Source: a virus
Length of the DNA stretch: 64,000 nucleotides
Strand: one strand, 5' to 3'
IMG/VR virus record: IMGVR_UViG_3300033148_003376
Span: 1-64,000 of that record
A program made the position numbers and the translations under genes. The first letter of the stretch is position 1; every line of letters starts with the position of its first letter. Shown one piece after another: positions 9,569 to 18,405 of this stretch. The notes beneath the pieces are model-generated. The model saw nothing but the letters and a program-made list of their open reading frames with translations, was not told the DNA's origin and did no database searches.

Positions 9569-10186
9569 TCAAAATGGAGTCGTAGGATCATGCGATATAC
9601 CATGTTGAACCAAAGCACTTCGTTGTCTTTCAGTCAATATAAGTGAATCAAATTCGCCAACCGTTTCCAAGATCCCAAATACCATTTCACTATATGAATC
9701 CGGTACATATGAATCACATCGTATAATTTCCCTGATTTCACGAACAAGACTTGCATCGTCCAATGCTTTCCAGTTGCCATCGAAATTAGAAGAATAATCA
9801 GTTGAGGTATTTGACATCCTCGCGACTGTCGCCGGTTTCTCATCTTGTTTCAGTTTACCTGCGAATAGAAGATTTTGAGACGGGATCAAGACCTCACCGT
9901 ATTTGGTCCATTCGGTAAAAACTTCGGATTCTGGGATCTCGATGAGTTTGCTTACAAACTCACGTCGAAGACCAGATATCGATACGAAATAAGGATTCAT
10001 GAGAACATCGACGTGTTCAGCGAGGAGCTTCTCAGTGTTACCATCTTTGGTCTTGATTGTAACATGCCAGAGATCAGTGGATTTCACGTATTGCTCCGTT
10101 TTTGTAGCAGTTGTTCGATTTGGAATTTTGAAGAAATCTTCTCCCGTGGTCTTGGTACGGTATTTTCCCCGGACTGTCAAGGACAA
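9569..10186 (-). CDS. Hypothetical protein
   Basis: 205-aa ORF divergent from the XRE gene. Confidence 0.6.
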   Translation of the reverse strand: MSLTVRGKYRTKTTGEDFFKIPNRTTATKTEQYVKSTDLWHVTIKTKDGNTEKLLAEHVDVLMNPYFVSISGLRREFVSKLIEIPESEVFTEWTKYGEVLIPSQNLLFAGKLKQDEKPATVARMSNTSTDYSSNFDGNWKALDDASLVREIREIIRCDSYVPDSYSEMVFGILETVGEFDSLILTERQRSALVQHGISHDPTTPF

Positions 10187-10194
10187 TTTAGCCG

Positions 10195-10473
10195 TTGACG
10201 CCTATGCGGGTTCGTGCTATCCAATACATTCATCGGAGGACATCTGTCGTGAAAAATCCCATCAAGACTTGGCTCAAGTCCAACCGCGAGATATCACAAG
10301 AAAACCTTGCTGCAGCCTGTGGGACTACTCTGTCGAAGATCAATCGTCTGTGTAATGACCGAGAGACCAATCTCGGGGTCGTCATGCTCAGGAAAATCTG
10401 GACAACTACCGGAATCAAGTTGGAATCGTTGGTCAATTATTTCGCAGATGTGACTGAACGACGGGAGAAGTAA
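10195..10473 (+). CDS. XRE-family HTH protein
   Basis: KNPIKTWL...SQENLAAACGTTLSKINRL; similar to the second domain of 8915. Confidence 0.75.
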   Translation: MTPMRVRAIQYIHRRTSVVKNPIKTWLKSNREISQENLAAACGTTLSKINRLCNDRETNLGVVMLRKIWTTTGIKLESLVNYFADVTERREK

Positions 10474-10474
10474 C

Positions 10475-11233
10475 ATGGGATTCATCCGGAAAAAGAAGAA
10501 GCCAGAACAGTCCGACAGGGTCAACCGCAAGAAGAAACCGGAACAGTCCGACAGGGTCGATCGTAAAAAAGAACCCATCGAGAGGAAGACCACATCGAAG
10601 AAACCGAACCCCAAGTGGAAGAAGAAACCGCGTAAGCCACCTCGGATGAAACCCTGTCCCGGGTGTTATACCGATAAGGAAAAGAAGTTCCATCCTGGAG
10701 TTTGCAAGGTCTGCAAAGGTACTGGTGAAACCAGGATTATCCAATCTCGAAATAAAGGTGCAAATTTCGAACGAATTATTGCCAAGACGTTGACTACTTG
10801 GACGGGTACAACTATTGCGAGGAGTCCCGCTTCCGGAGGAAGGTCAAAAAAATCAGGTGATATCACACCGAAAGATCCCAAAGAGATGGTCCGTCATCCG
10901 TTTGGTTGGGAAATGAAGAATAACGAGACGTGGTCTCTCCCGTCACTCTTCGAATCTTCTGAACTTCCAAAAACATTCGCATCCTACTGGAAACAATGTA
11001 CCGAAGACGCTGCAAGAGGCGGAAAGATCCCACTCCTCGTCTTCACACAAAATAACCTTCCGATCTTCATCATGATGGAGAGAAAAACGTTCATTGATAC
11101 AAGACTGAAAAGGTATGTCATAGAGAATGATTTGTCTTACATGAAAATAGGATTGCTCAGAGTGACTCTGTTCAAACATCTCCTCGCGATCCCGTATAAG
11201 AATGTATTGGAGTTGATCGGAGACCAACGATGA
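10475..11233 (+). CDS. Holliday junction resolvase-like PD-(D/E)xK nuclease with basic repeat and zinc ribbon
   Basis: SRNKGANFER...RSPASGG...GDI...WEMKN...WKQC. Confidence 0.75.
   Translation: MGFIRKKKKPEQSDRVNRKKKPEQSDRVDRKKEPIERKTTSKKPNPKWKKKPRKPPRMKPCPGCYTDKEKKFHPGVCKVCKGTGETRIIQSRNKGANFERIIAKTLTTWTGTTIARSPASGGRSKKSGDITPKDPKEMVRHPFGWEMKNNETWSLPSLFESSELPKTFASYWKQCTEDAARGGKIPLLVFTQNNLPIFIMMERKTFIDTRLKRYVIENDLSYMKIGLLRVTLFKHLLAIPYKNVLELIGDQR
10493..10570 (+). repeat. 36-nt tandem duplication encoding KKKPEQSDRVxR
   Basis: GAACAGTCCGACAGGGTC occurs twice. Confidence 0.85.
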
Positions 11234-11670
11234 TACATGATTACGCATTATTTGCACTCATAGGCATTGGTATTATCGCTGCGGTCAGTGTGTTGTACTT
11301 CATTGTAAAGGCGATGAGAGTGGGAACAATAGACGAAGACTCAGCCGCGATCGTCGAGATGATAGAAACCTTCCCAGAAGACTGGGTGATTATCGATGAT
11401 CCCGTCTGCGGAAGTCCATGGAAAATCTATAACCCGAAGATGAAGATAAAACTCCATGTTTCAGATGGTCCATACGATATCAGGAATGAAACCAGTGTCA
11501 GAGTCAATCTCACGTTTGCCGGAAAGCGGGTAATCTGGAGAGCGTTTTGTGGCTTGGTGGATAAGAAGTGGCCAAGTCTCGCAGATCAACATCAAGAGTA
11601 CATCGAAAACAAGCTCGTCGAATTGAACGCGACACTCGCCAAAATGAAGGAAGAAGAAGCAAATGAATAA
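11230..11670 (+). CDS. Membrane-anchored hypothetical protein
   Basis: N-terminal hydrophobic helix. Confidence 0.65.
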   Translation: MIHDYALFALIGIGIIAAVSVLYFIVKAMRVGTIDEDSAAIVEMIETFPEDWVIIDDPVCGSPWKIYNPKMKIKLHVSDGPYDIRNETSVRVNLTFAGKRVIWRAFCGLVDKKWPSLADQHQEYIENKLVELNATLAKMKEEEANE

Positions 11671-12082
11671 AAAACTCGTCAACCCTGCCAAACTGATAGG
11701 GATCAATCGACTCAACGAGACCGACTGTCCATCTTTCTCGGAAGACGATTTCATCATAGAATCAAATCCGACGCCGGAAGACATTGATTGCGCCGAAAAG
11801 GAAGGGAAGATCGTCCTGTGTTGTCGTCCATTTCCGAAAGACCTCGACGAGATCAATGCTAGTCTTGCTAATGTCACAGCTCTCAATCAAGCATGGCTTA
11901 TTGGATTTCTCGAAGGAAGAAACCTCAAACGATCGTCCTATATGATCGTGTACCTGCATGACGAGAAGTTCGAAAGTGAGAAAGTCGCCGAGGTCCTCAT
12001 CAAGCATGTTCTAGATGGCGAAAAAAGAGATCTCACCAAAGAAGCGACGAATTTGTTGCTCTGTACGACCAACGTTTACTGA
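11663..12082 (+). CDS. Hypothetical protein
   Basis: Packed ORF. Confidence 0.6.
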   Translation: MNKKLVNPAKLIGINRLNETDCPSFSEDDFIIESNPTPEDIDCAEKEGKIVLCCRPFPKDLDEINASLANVTALNQAWLIGFLEGRNLKRSSYMIVYLHDEKFESEKVAEVLIKHVLDGEKRDLTKEATNLLLCTTNVY

Positions 12083-12100
12083 TTCGAACCGGAGATATCG

Positions 12101-12316
12101 ATGGAACAAAGACTTCTTGAAAAAGGAGACGTGGTCCAATTGACACGCGAAGACGGGTTCTTTGGATGCTTCATGGTAGTAACAAAACCAAAATCATTTG
12201 GCGCACAAGGGTATGTCCTGATGCCTACCAAGAACGAGTTACCTTCGCAAGTGTTCTACAGAGCGTCATGGGACAATATGGAATACATCGGAAAATCTGT
12301 AATCATCGAAGACTAA
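12101..12316 (+). CDS. Hypothetical small beta-barrel protein
   Basis: GDVVQL...FMVVTKPKSFGAQGYV. Confidence 0.65.
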   Translation: MEQRLLEKGDVVQLTREDGFFGCFMVVTKPKSFGAQGYVLMPTKNELPSQVFYRASWDNMEYIGKSVIIED

Positions 12317-12345
12317 AGAAAAATCTAATTTAAAGTGAGGTCATT

Positions 12346-12726
12346 TTGGTAGTCAGATATTCAATGAAAAAAGCAGTTCGTGCGTTCTGTACCGAGTGTA
12401 TCTACGATCCGAATAACGGTGGGATGAGAAATGTCTCGGAATGTCCATCCACGTCATGTCCGCTCTGGGGATTTCGACCACTTTCGAAACTGTCTCCAGA
12501 GAAAGCGTACGACTTTGAAGGGTTTTCGATATTCGAAGGAAACATCGTCAGGGGTAAATGGGTCGAGTATGAAATGACAGACAAAGAGCGCGAGTCTCTC
12601 AAGCGTCGTCGTGAACATGGCGCAGAAGCGATCAAAGCTGCTATTGCCGCCAAGAACGCTAACGCGGAAAAAATTGGTGACGAATTGGCGGACGTCGACG
12701 ACGATGAAGCTGATTACGATTTTTGA
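12346..12726 (+). CDS. Putative zinc-binding phage protein
   Basis: KAVRAFCTEC...VSECPSTSCPLWGFRP. Confidence 0.65.
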   Translation: MVVRYSMKKAVRAFCTECIYDPNNGGMRNVSECPSTSCPLWGFRPLSKLSPEKAYDFEGFSIFEGNIVRGKWVEYEMTDKERESLKRRREHGAEAIKAAIAAKNANAEKIGDELADVDDDEADYDF

Positions 12727-12739
12727 AAAGGATACGATC

Positions 12740-13222
12740 ATGGGACTGTACTGCAACATGGGAACCAAGCCCGAAAACCTACGAGTCAAGACAACGGGCA
12801 AGGATTATCCGATCCAGATCGGCGAATATGAAATTTCCTGGGAAGACTTTGGAGAAATCGTCAAGTACGTCCTGACCAACACTGCCTTGGAACCGGACGA
12901 CCCGAGAATTAAGCTTGTCGATGAGATCAAGAGAATGGAAATCCGAGAAGGCACAAGTCCCTTTATAGGCCAACAACGATTTGAGATCACCTCGACCAAG
13001 GAGAACCGACCTCTAGTCGTCGCCAAAGGAAGCGTAGTCGAAGACGAAGTTGAACTGTGGCTAGAGAATGGTTTCTATGTCTGGTACGTCTATGACTCTC
13101 TGGTATATGAGAAATGGTTGACTGCCGACTTTCCTCCTGCCAAAACCAAAGAGGAAGCTCTGGAGTGGATAAAGCGTAAATTTCCACAGTACGTGGATGT
13201 CAGCCTCTCTAAAAGGAAGTAA
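12740..13222 (+). CDS. Hypothetical protein
   Basis: AAGGA RBS; YVLTNTALEPDDPR. Confidence 0.55.
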   Translation: MGLYCNMGTKPENLRVKTTGKDYPIQIGEYEISWEDFGEIVKYVLTNTALEPDDPRIKLVDEIKRMEIREGTSPFIGQQRFEITSTKENRPLVVAKGSVVEDEVELWLENGFYVWYVYDSLVYEKWLTADFPPAKTKEEALEWIKRKFPQYVDVSLSKRK

Positions 13223-13226
13223 TCTC

Positions 13227-13484
13227 ATGTGGACCATGCGGCTCAAATGGTGGTGGAACAAGGACAAATGTCCATGTTGTGGGACTTACCCACGTGGGAT
13301 CTGTGAGTGTTATGAGCTGGTAAGAGCAGGTAGTATCATCAAGGAAGGTATGGTTCTCGCACCGTACATGCCATTACAAGTCACAGAAACGAAACCGTTT
13401 CCAGAAAATCCTGGGTTCTGGTGGAGAATCAAGTTCCGCTGGCACGTCTTCTGGGTCACGAAAGTAAGGAGAGAGGAATGGTAA
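13227..13484 (+). CDS. Small protein with a major-capsid-like GxxxAPYxPL motif
   Basis: EGMVLAPYMPLQVT. Confidence 0.5.
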   Translation: MWTMRLKWWWNKDKCPCCGTYPRGICECYELVRAGSIIKEGMVLAPYMPLQVTETKPFPENPGFWWRIKFRWHVFWVTKVRREEW

Positions 13485-13768
13485 TGTCAGATCTCATAGC
13501 AAAGCAAGACATCGTCGGTGGGGGCAAACGTCATCTATCCCATTTCGTCCTGGAAGTTGGCAACAACGGTTGTGGTCCAGAGTCAACAGAACACTTCTTG
13601 GAAGACCTAAAGAAAGCTCATAACAAGGCAAAAAAGACATCCGACTGTATCTCGATGTCGTACGCGGGACTCTATGACGTCCTCGTGTATCCGAGCGGAG
13701 TATTTTCGTTGATTCCGACCAATCTGGAAAAGTTCGAGATCCCGGGCGTCAATGAAAACACTGTATAG
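13478..13768 (+). CDS. Hypothetical protein
   Basis: RBS; packed operon. Confidence 0.55.
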   Translation: MVMSDLIAKQDIVGGGKRHLSHFVLEVGNNGCGPESTEHFLEDLKKAHNKAKKTSDCISMSYAGLYDVLVYPSGVFSLIPTNLEKFEIPGVNENTV

Positions 13769-13788
13769 AAGATAACAAGGAGAAACCA

Positions 13789-14238
13789 ATGAACGAACCA
13801 AATGTTACTACAAGTTGTCCTGTGTGCGGTGGTCATTTATTGGGTGATGGATACACAGATGTGGTGCATTGTGAAAGAGTCGATTTGACTGGTCCTTCTT
13901 ATTGCTTCGAACCGGACGCTGGACCAATCCATTGCGGTCACAGAGTAGTGACTGTCTGTGACAAGTGTTTTAATGCGTCTTGCTGGCATGGGGAATTGAT
14001 GTGTGAGGAATCTCGCAGTGCAGGAACTGTGGAAAAGACTGTAGGCTGGTTAATGGAAAATAGCACCGAAGACCCGAGTTGGTATTCTGTCGAGAAATGT
14101 ATGCTTGTAACGGGTCAAGAACCTGAGTATCGAACAAAGTCATACGGTATACGTAAGCGATTTGGAATGACTGCCGAGGATGAAATTGTCAAGGATCTCG
14201 TTGCTGAGATTAACCGGTCTTCCAAGGAGGAAAGTTGA
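13789..14238 (+). CDS. Cys-rich protein with a capsid-like C-terminal helix
   Basis: CPVCG, CDKC; C-terminal KRFGMTAEDEIVKDLVAEINR. Confidence 0.6.
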   Translation: MNEPNVTTSCPVCGGHLLGDGYTDVVHCERVDLTGPSYCFEPDAGPIHCGHRVVTVCDKCFNASCWHGELMCEESRSAGTVEKTVGWLMENSTEDPSWYSVEKCMLVTGQEPEYRTKSYGIRKRFGMTAEDEIVKDLVAEINRSSKEES

Positions 14239-14310
14239 TTTGAATAGCTATGGTGTAGGACGACTACAAGGTCTCCAAGACGCAATAGACGTGTTGAAAG
14301 GATTCAAGAA

Positions 14311-14601
14311 ATGATACCAGACGCAGTAGGAATATTGATTTCAGAAAAAACCGGAAAATTTCATCCTATTTTGTTCAGGATTAGTCCACCACCTAGCGGA
14401 GGTCCAGACGGAACTCACAGACTCAAAAGTATAGGTCATCATACAGAAGGCTTCATGACAAAAGAAGAAGCAATTGCGGATATAGACACAAACGAGAAAA
14501 TCAAAGACGTTCATCGCATGGAAGAAGATCTCCTCTGGCAAAAGGAAGAATCACCAGCCGTGGTATGCTACGTAGACCACGATTTCAACATATTGTTTTG
14601 A
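14311..14601 (+). CDS. Hypothetical protein
   Basis: RLKSIGHHTEGF. Confidence 0.6.
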   Translation: MIPDAVGILISEKTGKFHPILFRISPPPSGGPDGTHRLKSIGHHTEGFMTKEEAIADIDTNEKIKDVHRMEEDLLWQKEESPAVVCYVDHDFNILF

Positions 14602-14609
14602 GGATTCAA

Positions 14610-14840
14610 ATGAACGAGATCAAGAAAGAACACATCACCGAATTCAAACGTTGTACAACAATGCTTGACAACCTGATAAAAAAGATCCGATCGTACCACC
14701 CAAATATCGAATACTATGTTGCCGATGGAGAAATAAATCTAATGAAAGGACCTTCTCACACAGGACCCAGAGACATAAAATGTCCAGAGAATGTGATCCG
14801 TAGTGTCAAGATATCGTACATGGACTGTGGTGCTTGGTGA
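14610..14840 (+). CDS. Hypothetical protein
   Basis: GAGGA RBS; ends DCGAW. Confidence 0.6.
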   Translation: MNEIKKEHITEFKRCTTMLDNLIKKIRSYHPNIEYYVADGEINLMKGPSHTGPRDIKCPENVIRSVKISYMDCGAW

Positions 14841-14856
14841 AGCAGAGGATGTTTGA

Positions 14857-15345
14857 ATGACTATCATCGCACATGAAGACGCGAAACGAATGGCTGCACA
14901 ACTCGGTTCACATCTGCATTTAGAGCTTGGTCGTAGGAGCGGTAAGACAAGTGGAATTATCCTCGGTCTCATCTCGGATCTCGTGACTTGTAAATGCAAG
15001 TCAATCACGTTTTCTTACGGACTCATGGATCGTTACAACCTTGGTCTCTTCAAAACCATTACAGAAAAACTCGGACTTGTCGGATTCAAATATACTAAAC
15101 ATCAGATTTGTATCGAAATCAAATACGTCTATAAAGGTCTTCAGGATCCAGACAACGAGGAATACTGGAAGACTCTCGGAGAAGCGTTGGCGGAAAACAT
15201 GTCGTCGTCCAAGCGGGTTAAAGAGTTGGAAGCGTTCTGTATTGATCACGGTCTTTGTCCGAAGTGTATGACTGTAAAAAGAGCTACAAATGAAGAAAGT
15301 ACATGTAAATGCGACAAGGATCGAAAGACGAATGAAAGCTCATGA
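14857..15345 (+). CDS. Small protein with a terminase-like Walker A motif
   Basis: LELGRRSGKT; CPKC. Confidence 0.5.
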   Translation: MTIIAHEDAKRMAAQLGSHLHLELGRRSGKTSGIILGLISDLVTCKCKSITFSYGLMDRYNLGLFKTITEKLGLVGFKYTKHQICIEIKYVYKGLQDPDNEEYWKTLGEALAENMSSSKRVKELEAFCIDHGLCPKCMTVKRATNEESTCKCDKDRKTNESS

Positions 15346-15557
15346 GATTCTCGGGTAAGGCTAAAATGCTACCAGAAATTGGAAAACTAATAATACTCAA
15401 AGGGAACCATCCATATTCAGGTAAAACTGCGGTGGTAAAAGAGCATAAATTTCGTATCCTTTCGGGTACGATGGGTGCCTTGATCCAATTAAATGAATTC
15501 AAACATGAATGCTTTGTGTTTGATGAGTCAGATTGGGAATATAAATATGTACGATGA
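15342..15557 (+). CDS. Hypothetical protein
   Basis: ATGA overlap with the previous gene. Confidence 0.5.
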   Translation: MRFSGKAKMLPEIGKLIILKGNHPYSGKTAVVKEHKFRILSGTMGALIQLNEFKHECFVFDESDWEYKYVR

Positions 15558-15684
15558 ACCGGCTGGAAAAGTTCTTCTAATTGCTTGGTCTGGTGGATGT
15601 GACAGCACTTATCTTCTGAAGTGTTGGTCTAGGTACGCCAATGTTGAACGTCCATTGATTATTGAAGGAAATCGAATATATTGA
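15547..15684 (+). pseudogene. Truncated PP-loop (QueC-like) N-terminal fragment
   Basis: KVLLIAWSGGCDSTYLL in a 45-aa ORF. Confidence 0.5.
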
Positions 15685-15725
15685 TTCGAAACCGCGTAGC
15701 TTGACGGATCCAAAGGAAGTGACCA

Positions 15726-16091
15726 ATGACGATGAGACGAAGGATGTTCAGAGAAATCAAGACCACGTGGACAGCGTTACCATATGAACATCGTGGTCAT
15801 TTCAAATTGATCAAGAGCGGTCATCGTCGAAATGAGGTCGGTTGTGTACATTCATCGAATCAGGAATGGTCTCCATTAACTTTCTTAAATTTTCCTATCC
15901 CTGTCAGCATCGTTATTGACTTCGGATGGACATGTCTATGTAGACACGAGAACTCAAACAAGGTCAGGATGACTCGAACCGTGATTCCGCGATGTGTCAA
16001 ATGTCATACCCATATGGGAGTCAGAATCAAACTTGGAAAACCAGATTCTAATACCTCGATAACATCGATCGATATAAAACCGTTTAAATAG
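15726..16091 (+). CDS. Hypothetical protein
   Basis: RBS; Cys motifs. Confidence 0.5.
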   Translation: MTMRRRMFREIKTTWTALPYEHRGHFKLIKSGHRRNEVGCVHSSNQEWSPLTFLNFPIPVSIVIDFGWTCLCRHENSNKVRMTRTVIPRCVKCHTHMGVRIKLGKPDSNTSITSIDIKPFK

Positions 16092-16099
16092 GATCAAAC

Positions 16100-16684
16100 A
16101 TGGCCGAATTTCCTCTGATCACACCACGTCTAGGTGGTCTCACTGTCATCCAGGAAAGCGACGTATACCCTCTTCACGGCGACGACATGATGCTGGTAGT
16201 GTGTCGAGAACTCTACGAGCTGATCAAGGAGTACGATGACGTCAGTGAGGCATTCAAGGAGTTCAACCGACGTAAGGACGAGAAAATCAAGAATATGATG
16301 GAACAAATAGACAAGACATTCAATCCGGAAAATGGACGAGTGTTTAATCCAGGGTTTGGACTCTCGCTCGTTGATCTTATTCCATCTACGAAACCACTTG
16401 GAAACACCGTAGACAATCTTCCCATGACAACCCACAATGTCGTCAAAGCCGTATCCATGGGTGTTCAGAGAGACGACAGGGTATACATCGCCGATCCTAT
16501 CATGGTAGGAGTTCATTGTCAGTGCGGACGTCTAATTCCAACTCCACCATACGGTCAAAAGATCGTAATGTGTAAATACTGTAGTACCGTATACGGATAT
16601 GTTGGTGAAGGAGAAAACTGGAAGCCGATGACGAAGGAAATGTTTGCTAAACTGACGGGAAAGGATGTCTACGATGACACGTGA
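16100..16684 (+). CDS. Hypothetical zinc-ribbon protein
   Basis: CQCG...CKYC. Confidence 0.6.
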   Translation: MAEFPLITPRLGGLTVIQESDVYPLHGDDMMLVVCRELYELIKEYDDVSEAFKEFNRRKDEKIKNMMEQIDKTFNPENGRVFNPGFGLSLVDLIPSTKPLGNTVDNLPMTTHNVVKAVSMGVQRDDRVYIADPIMVGVHCQCGRLIPTPPYGQKIVMCKYCSTVYGYVGEGENWKPMTKEMFAKLTGKDVYDDT

Positions 16685-16827
16685 AATGAACACATATCTT
16701 TTCAGCATGGAAAAGCTCACTGAAGGTGGATACATCGTCCCGGCGCACGACATAGAAGATGCCAAATATTTTCTTTACAAGTGGTTCCAAAAAATGAACC
16801 AGGGTCAAAGAGATCCGACGTGGGCAA

Positions 16828-17340
16828 GTGATGTCAATAACCGAGAAGCTTCATGAACCGACGTTCGCGTTCGAGAAGTTTGATCTCAAGATCGACCTCG
16901 ATGGAGACGTGGTATCTATCGACGACGCGATACCAGCAAAGTTCTACATCATCACCAGTTCTCGTCGACCGATAGAATCTATACCAAGAAATATCCTCGA
17001 CAAAGCACTTCAAGATGCGTCCGATCGCTGTAGAGAAAAACGACTCCTTATCCACATGAGACGCATATCGTATACTCCGATGCTATCAGACGTAGCCGGA
17101 TTAGTCAGTAGAATCTATGAAGTCACATCGATAATAGGAGAATCTCGAAATTTCAAAGCTGATATCACGATCCTTGACACTCCTGATGGCGAAAGTCTCA
17201 GAGTGATGAAAAGAGCGGGTACCAAATTCGAATTACACGCGCTATTTCAAGAGTACAATGACAAAAATGGTGAACTAGAAAAACTCGAAATCAAAGAGTT
17301 ACGTGTCTTGCGAATAGAGGAAAACAATAATGACGTATGA
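16828..17340 (+). CDS. Putative inactive prohead-protease-like protein
   Basis: ADITILDTPDGESLRVMKRAG resembles the gp21-family ILDTPxG motif; no SSRG. Confidence 0.4.
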   Translation: MMSITEKLHEPTFAFEKFDLKIDLDGDVVSIDDAIPAKFYIITSSRRPIESIPRNILDKALQDASDRCREKRLLIHMRRISYTPMLSDVAGLVSRIYEVTSIIGESRNFKADITILDTPDGESLRVMKRAGTKFELHALFQEYNDKNGELEKLEIKELRVLRIEENNNDV

Positions 17341-17608
17341 GATTGTATCCAATGAAGAACGGGTTCAACGATTCAGAAGATGGAGACAGTATGTCAAGAA
17401 ATTCCCTCGTCGGTATAAGATCGAATTGTTCAGGTGTGGAGACCGAGTATTTGCAGCATTGTTGGAGAAAATCAGAGATTCCCTGTTCTGGCAAGACCCT
17501 CGATATCACACTGTGCTCAGGACAAATTGTGGAACAATGGTGGACTGGTCCATAGTGGAACACCTTCCACCGTGGAATATGCATAACGGAAACAGCGAAT
17601 TTTACTGA
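17330..17608 (+). CDS. Hypothetical protein
   Basis: GAGGA RBS. Confidence 0.5.
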   Translation: MTYEIVSNEERVQRFRRWRQYVKKFPRRYKIELFRCGDRVFAALLEKIRDSLFWQDPRYHTVLRTNCGTMVDWSIVEHLPPWNMHNGNSEFY

Positions 17609-17610
17609 AT

Positions 17611-17883
17611 TTGGAGAAACATGGCATGACCGAAAAAGACCAAGTCGAACATCCGTCGCATTACAATAAAGGAATAGAGGTATGGGACTTCACCACAAGT
17701 CATAATATGGGATTTCTCGATGGAAATATTGTGAAATACATATCAAGATTTCGTCACAAGAACGGTCTCCAAGATCTCTACAAAGCGAGACAATATCTTG
17801 ACAAACTCATAGAGGTAGAAGAGACGAGGATCGGAGAAAACCTCATCGCACAAAACAATGAAAGTGAAAAAGGAACACCATGA
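17611..17883 (+). CDS. DUF3310 (SaV-like) protein
   Basis: VEHPSHY...GNIVKYISRFRHKNGLQDLYKARQYL. Confidence 0.9.
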   Translation: MEKHGMTEKDQVEHPSHYNKGIEVWDFTTSHNMGFLDGNIVKYISRFRHKNGLQDLYKARQYLDKLIEVEETRIGENLIAQNNESEKGTP

Positions 17884-18317
17884 CAAAGATGAGTCTCGTT
17901 CTTGAACTCAAGGTTGAAGATCGACACGATCATACTGAAGTCGTTTACGTTCCAATCGGTTGGACAGACGATACAAGGAAACGAAGATACGAATTCTACG
18001 CCACTCCTTCGGATGTCGTCATCAATGGATCCGTTCTAAATCGTTATAAACTTTTACCACTCAAATTCGTCAGACCTCCACAAGAAATCGAACGAAACAG
18101 AGTCGAATTTGCCGATGGAGCCTTTCAGACTTCGGAGAAGAAACCAGAACTAAATATCGACATTCTCGTATGGGACTCCAAATACGAACGCGAAGCAATC
18201 GGTCAACTAATCCAAAGTGGCGAGCATTCATGGTGGGGTTGTACGGATGAAGACGGAGAAGGCTTCAACTGCGCTTTGTTTGAAGAACGGATCATCATGT
18301 GGAAACCTGTAGAGTAA
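17880..18317 (+). CDS. Hypothetical protein
   Basis: Last gene of the + arm. Confidence 0.55.
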   Translation: MTKMSLVLELKVEDRHDHTEVVYVPIGWTDDTRKRRYEFYATPSDVVINGSVLNRYKLLPLKFVRPPQEIERNRVEFADGAFQTSEKKPELNIDILVWDSKYEREAIGQLIQSGEHSWWGCTDEDGEGFNCALFEERIIMWKPVE

Positions 18318-18371
18318 TACCCTGGCACAGATCTTGAACGAATATCCCTCAGAGAAATCATGTGGTGGGAT

Positions 18372-18399
18372 ATGGTGTCGGACTGATCACCGACACCAT
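18372..18399. terminator. Hairpin between convergent early operons
   Basis: ATGGTGTCGG-N8-CCGACACCAT. Confidence 0.65.
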
Positions 18400-18405
18400 C
18401 TCAAT

